44,495 nucleotides of DNA from an uncultured Candidatus Saccharibacteria bacterium (GTDB lineage Bacteria; Patescibacteriota; Minisyncoccia; Phycocordibacterales; Phycocordibacteraceae): the NCBI GenBank assembly GCA_964371445.1, contig CAYJLK010000004.1, positions 1 to 44,495 on the forward strand, read 5' to 3'. The position numbers and the translations under genes are program-made. Below the pieces are notes generated by a model. It had not been told where the DNA came from, made no database searches, and worked only from the letters and a program-made list of their open reading frames with translations. Numbering within the stretch: the stretch's first letter is position 1; every line of letters starts with the position of its first letter. Below, in pieces: positions 37,026-44,495 of this stretch.

Positions 37026-38912
37026 CTACTGCACCACTGAGTATGCCGAGACATACCCTGGATCGCCCGTCGTTTCGGTCGTCGCCGGATCGGCGGTTGC
37101 CGCAATCGATACACCCGCGAAGCGATCATACCCGGAGAAGGACACCGCGCCTGTCAGAGACGGTGCGCTCCCCTTCTGCGAAATTGAAGGTGTGAGGGAC
37201 ACTTGGAAGGCGCCCTGGGCGCTCGCCCCCTGTGCGAGGTCGCCGATATTCCAGGTCACGGTACGGGACCGGCTGTCATAAAGGAATGACCCCGAGCCGG
37301 CAGTGCTAGCGGTATAGGAAACGTAGCTCGGCAGGATCGCCGAAACCGTGCCGCCCGCAACTGCGCTTCCCTTGTTCTGTGCGCTCCAGAGGATCGTATA
37401 CGTAGTCGCTTGATCAACGCGCGGTGGGATAGGACCGCTCGTGGTGAGTGGTCCCGAAGAATGCAGCGAAGAAGCGGAGAGCGCGACTATGGTCGCGACC
37501 TTGATAGTCTTCGTCACTGTCGAGCTCACCTCTTCCGGCACATTCGTCTGTCCGACGCGCGTTCCCGACACTGATAGTGTGAAGCTCACGGTCGGGGAAG
37601 AAGCGGATCCTCCCGCCGGAAGGGTCGCGAAGGTGAACGCGCCGACACCGGAAGCACCGGGAGCGAGGGTCGCGAGAGAAGGATCGGTATCTCTGCTGAA
37701 AACGACCGTATGGTTCGAGGAATTATAGAAGCCGCTGGTAGAGCGAATACTGCTATAGTCGACTGCCGAGCCTGAAACAGCAATCGAGACCGTCGCATTC
37801 TTAATACTTGTTGCGAGCGTATTGGTATAGGAGATGGTGACGTTCTGATAGCTCCCCGGAGTAATCGCGACATCCGTTCCCGTATTCCCGTTGAGCGAAA
37901 GCGTCGTATCGATAAAGGGCGCTGCGATGATCACGGTCGCCTCTTGAGTCATATAGGTCACAGCGAGCGATTGGTTATTGGAAGTGTCCGCGGTCCCGAG
38001 AGTGAAACGGAAGACTCGCTGTTCCTTGTTCTGCCCCACGAGCGTCCCTACAAGGGTTATCGTCTTGCTCGCTCCTGGCGCGAGCGTGCCGAGAAGGAAA
38101 CTCGAATTATTCAGCGGAACCGATGATGACTGTACTGAGAAACCGAAGGGGAACGACCCGGCAAGAACGACATTGTGAAGCGGTATCGTCGCATTACTGC
38201 GGACGGTGAGTGTGAGTGTGAGTGGCTTGTTCGAAACCGTTTCCGTGAGCGTATCGATAGTGACGGCGAGCGGCGTCGTAGAAATCGTGAGCGTGTATGA
38301 AGATTTCTTCTGGAAGACGGCGTTTGAACCGGGAGTGTCATAGGAAAAGGAGACCGGGAGCACGATGCTCTGCCCCGCTCCGCCGAAGAGGACGGCCTCT
38401 ACTGATCGCGTGACGACCTCGCCGCTCGCAATCGTACCGAGATTTTCGGCGTAATGCGAATACGCCCGAAGCACGTTCTTCGCATCTCTCGTCCCGTTCG
38501 GGAAATCGATCTCGATAACTGCGTTTTGGATCGCCGAGGGATTCTTGTTTGTAATCGTGAGCGAGAGCGGAACCGTATCGCCGCCGGCGATGGTCGTCGG
38601 ACCCTGGATATCAATGGTGATCTTATCCACCGAGACCGCGTTGGCCCCAAAGTAAAAGAAGAAGCCAGCAATGCCGAGCGCAACGAAGAAAAAGACGGTC
38701 GCCGCAACAAAAAATGTTCCTGCGAGATGCACATGTCGTTCGCCCGTATGCGGTGCTTTTTTCTGGATACGTTCTTCCCATGCATGCGGCAACACTCGCT
38801 CTTCGGGAGCCGCCAGATGCGCATGTTGCGACCGCGAGATCGCACGCGGGTCATAGAGGCGTTCGCGAGCACGCTCAAGCGAGCCAGTATCGTCTTCGGG
38901 TACAGGTGACAT
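37026..38912 (-). CDS. Single-pass membrane protein with tandem Ig-like/DUF11-like domains
   Basis: One TM at aa ~62-87, then repeated LTITN..LGTL.PG beta-sandwich motifs and SGPIPP. Confidence 0.8.
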   Translation of the reverse strand: MSPVPEDDTGSLERARERLYDPRAISRSQHAHLAAPEERVLPHAWEERIQKKAPHTGERHVHLAGTFFVAATVFFFVALGIAGFFFYFGANAVSVDKITIDIQGPTTIAGGDTVPLSLTITNKNPSAIQNAVIEIDFPNGTRDAKNVLRAYSHYAENLGTIASGEVVTRSVEAVLFGGAGQSIVLPVSFSYDTPGSNAVFQKKSSYTLTISTTPLAVTIDTLTETVSNKPLTLTLTVRSNATIPLHNVVLAGSFPFGFSVQSSSVPLNNSSFLLGTLAPGASKTITLVGTLVGQNKEQRVFRFTLGTADTSNNQSLAVTYMTQEATVIIAAPFIDTTLSLNGNTGTDVAITPGSYQNVTISYTNTLATSIKNATVSIAVSGSAVDYSSIRSTSGFYNSSNHTVVFSRDTDPSLATLAPGASGVGAFTFATLPAGGSASSPTVSFTLSVSGTRVGQTNVPEEVSSTVTKTIKVATIVALSASSLHSSGPLTTSGPIPPRVDQATTYTILWSAQNKGSAVAGGTVSAILPSYVSYTASTAGSGSFLYDSRSRTVTWNIGDLAQGASAQGAFQVSLTPSISQKGSAPSLTGAVSFSGYDRFAGVSIAATADPATTETTGDPGYVSAYSVVQ

Positions 38913-38966
38913 TGCCTACCAGTATACCCCAAGGAGCAGCGGCACTTTGCGAGACAAATGGGACTT

Positions 38967-39536
38967 TTAGAGACCTGACGCGGCAATACCTCGATTGATG
39001 CGTGCTATGTACTTCGCGCGCTCCTTCCCGATTCGAGCGAGCACGGGAGCGGAGAAATCGGAGGCCGCACCGGGGATGCCTCCCCCATCAAGTCCGAGCG
39101 CGGCAAGCGTACGGAGCGCGGCAAGCATCTCAGCGGCTTCGTGCATTTCTTCAGGGAGCGTCCCAAGTGCTTCAAAAAAGCTCCGCAGGATCGAAAAAAG
39201 TTCAGGTTCGCGCGCTTCACCGGCGACAAAACGCAAGAGAAGACCCGATACACGAGCCGCGCGCTCGCGAGCTGACACGGATCCTATTCGCGCGAACCAC
39301 GGTTCCTCAAGCACGGCGCCCGCGATGCGCCACCCTTCGCGCCCGCGCACGAGCACGAGAGAGCTCTCGGCGAGTGTCGCGAGTGCGGCGGCAAGCTTCG
39401 CACCCGGCTTCCGCACGCCCTGCGCGCGAGCGCGCAGGAGGCCGAGCTCGCCCGTAAGCAGAGTTACCGATGCGTTCGATTCCCCCAGAGGAGATCGTGC
39501 GAGTATGATGCCGCGTGTCTCGTATTTATGACGCAT
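38967..39536 (-). CDS. recO: DNA repair protein RecO (short)
   Basis: [39 protein letters not shown]-fold; overlaps the ileS stop. Confidence 0.85.
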   Translation of the reverse strand: MRHKYETRGIILARSPLGESNASVTLLTGELGLLRARAQGVRKPGAKLAAALATLAESSLVLVRGREGWRIAGAVLEEPWFARIGSVSARERAARVSGLLLRFVAGEAREPELFSILRSFFEALGTLPEEMHEAAEMLAALRTLAALGLDGGGIPGAASDFSAPVLARIGKERAKYIARINRGIAASGL

Positions 39537-42500
39537 CCCGAATGAGGTTGAAGCGCGCGACGCCGGTCGAGAGTATGACCGAATGCTTCCCTTCCGGACT
39601 GGCTTCCGCGTGCACCGTATCGTGCGTGAGGAATCCTTCGGTCTTGCGCGCCTCGGCGACCGCACGCGCCATCTCTCGCTCGTCGCCGAGCACGATGAGG
39701 TCGGGAGTCAGCACGATATCGAGTTCGACCATCGAATGACCGGTTGCTACATGCTTCACATTCACCTCGTCGGCGAGGATGGCCAAAAGCTCTTTTGACA
39801 ACAGATCGGGTACCGAGAGTTTCGCGAGCGGCTGGCGCACCTTCATGCCAGCCTTCTGTCGCGCTTGGAGCGCGTCGGAAGCGAGCGCGCGCACCCGCAC
39901 CATACCCGCAAGCAGATCGTGGCGATCTTTGCGACCGAGAAACGTACCCCAGAAGCCGGTTCCCTTCGGCCAGTCGCTGAGGTGTACGCTGATCGGATCT
40001 TCGTCCGAGCGCACCTTCGCAAATACATCTTCGGCAAGGAACGGCGCAAACGGCGCAAGAAGAAGCGCCGATACGCGGAGCGTCTCGCGGAGCGTCTCGA
40101 GCGCGGCGCGGTCGCCCCCGCGAGCGCGGTCACGGATGCGGCGCACATACCACTGCGAGAGGTCTTCTGCGAGCCCTGCAATCGCACGCGTCGCTTCAAA
40201 CGGTCGATAGTCGTCCATCGCGTTAGTGACGGTCGAGACGGCAGCAGAAAGTCGCACCTGCATCCAGCGATCCATGACAGTCGGCGCAGATTCCGTCCGA
40301 GGAACATCTTTAAAGAGATCATAGAACTTCGCGCTGTTCTCCACCCACGAGAGAACCTTCGCCGCTTCTTTCACCGTCTGTTCGTCATAATTCTTAGAGT
40401 CGCCGGGCCCCGTCACGCTGTACATCCAGAACCGGAGTGCATCGACGCCCCACCTCTCTATCTCGATCCACGGGTCGACGACATTCCCCTTCGACTTGCT
40501 CATCTTCTGTCCTTCGGCATCCAAGAGATGCCCGAGCGATATGGCGTTCTTGAAAGAAGCACCGCGCCCGGAAAGCACGCCGACGGCAAGCAGGGTGTAG
40601 AACCATCCGCGCGTCTGGTCGATTGCCTCGCAGATATAGTCGGCCGGATAAGAGACTTTCTTGAGGAATGCCTCGAGGGGCTCAGCACCGCGCTCACGCG
40701 CGGCCTGTGCAAACGGCATCGCGCCGGAATCAAACCACACGTCCATAACCTCTTTCACCCGACGCAGTTCCGTCCCCTTCTCCGACACCAACACAACATC
40801 GTCAATGTACGGCCGGTGCAGGTCGAGCTCATAGTTCTCATTGTGCGGAAGTGGAACAAATGGAATCTCTTCAACTTCAGCTGTGTGAGGCTTTTTGGTC
40901 GCAATCCTCTTTGACTCTTCCGCCGAGACTCCTTGAGCGACTGCCGGAAGCGTCTCTAGACCGATACCGTGCGAAACGATAAGGATATTCGTGTTCTTAT
41001 ATTTTCGTTCGAGATCATAGAGTACCGCACCGAATCTGTTTTTTGCATCTTGATAGCTCTCCCCATTTGGAAAGGGGTCCGTATAGCGGAGCTGCTTCCG
41101 GTGCTCGTAGAAAGCATCGAGACCTGATGTGCCGTCAAAGTCGCCAAAGTTGAGTTCCCGCAGTCGTTCGTCGATAACGATATTCTCTTTTGGTATGCCC
41201 AGAATTTCTGATGCAATATCCGCAGTCTCGCGAGTTCTTGTGAACGGTGAGACGTACACGTGCGTGATGTGACGACCACGAAGCTTTGAGGCATTTGTTT
41301 TTACCTCTTCACGACCTTTCTCACTGAGACCAAATTTCTGCGAATCGGTACAGTCGAATATTTTGTGCGTACTGTTACCCGCTTCTCCGTGCCGCATGGC
41401 GAAATATGTATTGCCGGATTTCTTCGTGTGCTTCTTCAGCATTTCAACCGAGTCCACGACAAGCTGTTCGGTGCCGTCTGCACTCTGCCAGACCGGGAGC
41501 GGCGTGCCCCAGTACCGCTCGCGACTTATCGCCCAGTCCTTGGCGCCCGCGAGCCACTCGCCCATGCGACCGTCGCGGATATAGGTCGGCTCCCAGTGTA
41601 TCTTCTTGTTCTCGGTGACGAGCTTGCCGCGCAGGTCAGACATGCGGATATACCACGAGTCGCGCGCATAGTAGATGAGCCGCGTCTTGCAGCGCCAGCA
41701 GAAGGGATAGGTGTGCGTGTGGGATTCTTTTTTGAAAAGCAGGTTGCGCGCCTGCAGGTCTTTCAGTATCTCGACCGACGTCTCTTCTTCCACGACCGAA
41801 CGACCGGCGAGCATGCCGGTGCCGTCTACGAACTTCCCTTCCGGATTTACGAGGTGCACCTTCGGCAAGCCTACCTTGTTCCCGAGCTCGAAATCTTCCT
41901 GTCCGTACATCACTGCCGTATGCACGATGCCGGTACCGTCCTCGGTCGTGACAAAGTCTGCCGCGTACACCTGGAATGCTTTCCCAAATTTTGATTTCTC
42001 GCTTTCGGGTGCGAGACTCTTAGCAAAATCGTAGAGCGGTTTGTATTTCTTACCCACGAGATCGCGACCTTTTATGAGCCGTAAAGGTTGCAAGGAATTT
42101 TCTATAGCGACTTTTGCGGCGAGAATCACTTTCTGTTCACCAGCCTCATATACTCCATATTCAATGTCTTCCCCGACGGCGAGCGCGACGTTCCCCGGCA
42201 ATGTCCATGGTGTGGTCGTCCATGCGAGGAGAAAAGTCCCCGGCTCGTCCGCCAATTCAAACTTCGCAGTAATCGTCAGGTCTTTGACATCTTGATATCC
42301 CTGCGCGAGCTCGTGGCTGGAGAGCGCGGTACCGCACCGCGGGCACCACGGCACCACCTTGTAGTCCTTATAGAGACGTCCGTCCTTCGCCGTCTTGGCG
42401 AACAGGTGCCAGAGCATCTCCATATACGCGCTATCGAAGGTGAAGTACGCCTTCGTCTCGTCCACCCAGTAGCCGATGCGCTTCGTAAACTTCGCCCACA

Positions 42501-42885
42501 GGTCAATGTAGGTGAACACGCTCTCGCGGCATTTCTTGTTAAATGCAGCGATACCGTAGGTCTCTATGTCCGGTTTGCCAGAAAAACCGAGCTGTTTCTC
42601 AACCTCAAGCTCCACCGGCAAGCCGTGCGTGTCCCAGCCGGCGCGACGATTGACGCGATAGCCGCGCATCGTCTTATAGCGTGGAATAGCGTCCTTAAAT
42701 GCGCGCGCTTCGAGGTGGTGGATACCGGGCTTGCCGTTGGCGGTCGGCGGCCCTTCGTAGAAGATGAAATCGCCCTTGGGGGACTTCTTCGCGAGCGATT
42801 TCTCAAAGATGCGCTCGCGCTCCCAAAACGCGAGCGTTGCCTCCTCGCGCCTTGCCGCTTCAGACTTCTCGGGCGTATCAGCCAT
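39526..42885 (-). CDS. ileS: Isoleucyl-tRNA synthetase (type 2) with inserted histidine-phosphatase domain
   Basis: [62 protein letters not shown] and KMSKS; RHG...SHG insert. Confidence 0.96.
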   Translation of the reverse strand: MADTPEKSEAARREEATLAFWERERIFEKSLAKKSPKGDFIFYEGPPTANGKPGIHHLEARAFKDAIPRYKTMRGYRVNRRAGWDTHGLPVELEVEKQLGFSGKPDIETYGIAAFNKKCRESVFTYIDLWAKFTKRIGYWVDETKAYFTFDSAYMEMLWHLFAKTAKDGRLYKDYKVVPWCPRCGTALSSHELAQGYQDVKDLTITAKFELADEPGTFLLAWTTTPWTLPGNVALAVGEDIEYGVYEAGEQKVILAAKVAIENSLQPLRLIKGRDLVGKKYKPLYDFAKSLAPESEKSKFGKAFQVYAADFVTTEDGTGIVHTAVMYGQEDFELGNKVGLPKVHLVNPEGKFVDGTGMLAGRSVVEEETSVEILKDLQARNLLFKKESHTHTYPFCWRCKTRLIYYARDSWYIRMSDLRGKLVTENKKIHWEPTYIRDGRMGEWLAGAKDWAISRERYWGTPLPVWQSADGTEQLVVDSVEMLKKHTKKSGNTYFAMRHGEAGNSTHKIFDCTDSQKFGLSEKGREEVKTNASKLRGRHITHVYVSPFTRTRETADIASEILGIPKENIVIDERLRELNFGDFDGTSGLDAFYEHRKQLRYTDPFPNGESYQDAKNRFGAVLYDLERKYKNTNILIVSHGIGLETLPAVAQGVSAEESKRIATKKPHTAEVEEIPFVPLPHNENYELDLHRPYIDDVVLVSEKGTELRRVKEVMDVWFDSGAMPFAQAARERGAEPLEAFLKKVSYPADYICEAIDQTRGWFYTLLAVGVLSGRGASFKNAISLGHLLDAEGQKMSKSKGNVVDPWIEIERWGVDALRFWMYSVTGPGDSKNYDEQTVKEAAKVLSWVENSAKFYDLFKDVPRTESAPTVMDRWMQVRLSAAVSTVTNAMDDYRPFEATRAIAGLAEDLSQWYVRRIRDRARGGDRAALETLRETLRVSALLLAPFAPFLAEDVFAKVRSDEDPISVHLSDWPKGTGFWGTFLGRKDRHDLLAGMVRVRALASDALQARQKAGMKVRQPLAKLSVPDLLSKELLAILADEVNVKHVATGHSMVELDIVLTPDLIVLGDEREMARAVAEARKTEGFLTHDTVHAEASPEGKHSVILSTGVARFNLIRDAS

Positions 42886-42926
42886 ATCCGCTTATCCTAG
42901 CGTTTACCGGGTGAAAAAGAAACTGG

Positions 42927-44495
42927 CTACATCTTTTCCGGCGTGGGAATACCAAGGAGTGTGAGCCCATTCGTCATCGTGTTCACAAAAGCGCGCGCAA
43001 GCATGAATTTATGTGCTTCATGGTCGCCGCCAATGATGCGCTCTTGCGCATAGAAAGAATTCCACGCTCCCGCGAGTTCGGTGAGATAGGTCACGAGCAG
43101 GTTCGGCGCAAGCTCGCGGGAGGCGCGTGCCGCCACCTCCGGGAAATGCAGCATGAGTCGCTCGAGAAGATAGGGTGTTCCCGGCGCGCCGGATGCCGGC
43201 GCGCCGCCCTCTGCGTGCTTCAGCACCGACCTCGCGCGCACGAGCGCGTACTGCAAGTAGGGCCCAGAGTCGCCAAGAAGCGACAAGGATTTTTCTTCTT
43301 CAAAGATAATGTCCGAGCCGGGCGCCTGTCGCAGAATCATATATTTAATCGCGCCGACGGCGACCTGCTCGGCAATGAGCGGGTCCGGATTCTTTTCGTT
43401 CGCTTTCCCGATGACCTCCCTGATGAAATCGGCGGCGGTAATAATATTCCCTTCACGCGAAGACATCTTCCCCGATGCAAGCTTCAAGAAACCGGTTGCG
43501 AGATGAACTGTCTTCGCGGCGACGAGCGGCGCTATGTCTTCGAGCGCCGCGAGCACTGTCTTGAAACGCCCAGTCTGCTCGTTGCCGGTGACAATGATGA
43601 CTTTGTCTGAAGGCCAGCGCTCTTCCTTGAGAAACGCGAGTCCGATATCCTTCGCCTCGTAGGTGGGCGTGTCGTGTGACGTGATGAATACCATCGTGTG
43701 CACGCCCTTCTTCTCCCCGTTATAAATAATCGCGCCGTCGCTTTTTTGGAATATGCCTCTTGCAAGCCCGTCGTGTACCACGCGCATGCCGGTCTCGGTT
43801 GTGTCGCTGTCGAAAAATTCAAAATCAAAGCGTGTACCGAGGAGCTTCCAGATGCGGCGAAACTCTCCTACGGATACGTCGCGTCCCTTGCGCCAAAGTT
43901 CCATAAGCACCGTGTCGGTGCCAGTGTAAATCGCTTGATTGAGCGCGTCTATCTCTGCCTTCGCCGCGGCGTCCGTCTCGTATGCTGTTGAACCCGCGAC
44001 GTACGCCGCGCCTATCTCGCCTGCCGTCGCCGGTTCGCTGACACCTCCCTTGCGCAAACCCCAGAGCGCCTTCGCCACATTCGGACCGATGTCTCCGCCG
44101 AACGTATCGCGTGCAACGGCACCACCGTCATTCTCAATGAGCCGCGACACCGCTTCGCCCACGATCGTGCCGACCAAGTGGCCGATGTGCATCTCCTTAA
44201 ATGCGTTCGGGTTTGAGTATTCTATAAGCACGCGCTTGTCCGCTTGTACCGTACCCTTCCCCCACTCTGCTCCTTGTGCATCTGCTTCGGCGACTGCGAG
44301 CGTTATCGCTTCCCGCGCAAGCGTGATGTTAATGAACCCCGGTCCGGCGACCGCGACGTGGCTCGCGATATCTGCGCCGAGAGTATCAATGAGAACTCGC
44401 GCGAGCTCGTCTGCAAGCTCCTGCGGCTTCCTCCCTAGTGTTTTCGCCGCCGCGAGCGCGGCGTTGGTGGTGTAGTCTCCGTGCGCGAGGTCCGC
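42927..44495 (-). CDS. argS: Arginyl-tRNA synthetase (5' end beyond the window)
   Basis: Frame is open to the window edge (HGDYTTNAA..GPGFIN); EYSNPN..HIGH, KMSSREG, GPYLQYA and C-terminal PEKM. Confidence 0.96.
   Translation of the reverse strand, partial: ADLAHGDYTTNAALAAAKTLGRKPQELADELARVLIDTLGADIASHVAVAGPGFINITLAREAITLAVAEADAQGAEWGKGTVQADKRVLIEYSNPNAFKEMHIGHLVGTIVGEAVSRLIENDGGAVARDTFGGDIGPNVAKALWGLRKGGVSEPATAGEIGAAYVAGSTAYETDAAAKAEIDALNQAIYTGTDTVLMELWRKGRDVSVGEFRRIWKLLGTRFDFEFFDSDTTETGMRVVHDGLARGIFQKSDGAIIYNGEKKGVHTMVFITSHDTPTYEAKDIGLAFLKEERWPSDKVIIVTGNEQTGRFKTVLAALEDIAPLVAAKTVHLATGFLKLASGKMSSREGNIITAADFIREVIGKANEKNPDPLIAEQVAVGAIKYMILRQAPGSDIIFEEEKSLSLLGDSGPYLQYALVRARSVLKHAEGGAPASGAPGTPYLLERLMLHFPEVAARASRELAPNLLVTYLTELAGAWNSFYAQERIIGGDHEAHKFMLARAFVNTMTNGLTLLGIPTPEKM

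Overview
This is a core-genome window from a Patescibacteria/CPR (Parcubacteria-like) bacterium. The assignment is inferred from the divergent rRNAs, intron-riddled 23S, unlinked rRNA genes, alpha2-type GlyRS and the gene set. Most genes are on the minus strand. The window holds the 5' ~890 nt of a stand-alone 16S rRNA gene and, about 9 kb away, a separate 23S-5S-tRNA-fMet unit. The 23S carries three group I introns (E. coli positions 1931, 2593 and 2656, the last inside the sarcin-ricin loop and encoding a LAGLIDADG endonuclease) plus a hairpin insertion. Housekeeping genes include pyrH, secDF, folD, rodA-like, rplJL with its L10 leader, ftsK, recA, efp, rpsF-ssb-rpsR, tatD, metG, glyQS, recO, ileS and argS (partial). 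There is also a surface-glycan set and a large S-layer-like protein. The most notable signals are: the SRL intron; two ORF-less introns that contain long antisense copies of their own 5' exon; two diverged, covarying copies of a ~135-nt MITE-like hairpin element; widespread leaderless or near-leaderless starts; an IleRS with a GIHH motif and an inserted histidine-phosphatase domain; and an EF-P lacking the PGKG loop. All pairings and motifs were read by eye and no database search was run.
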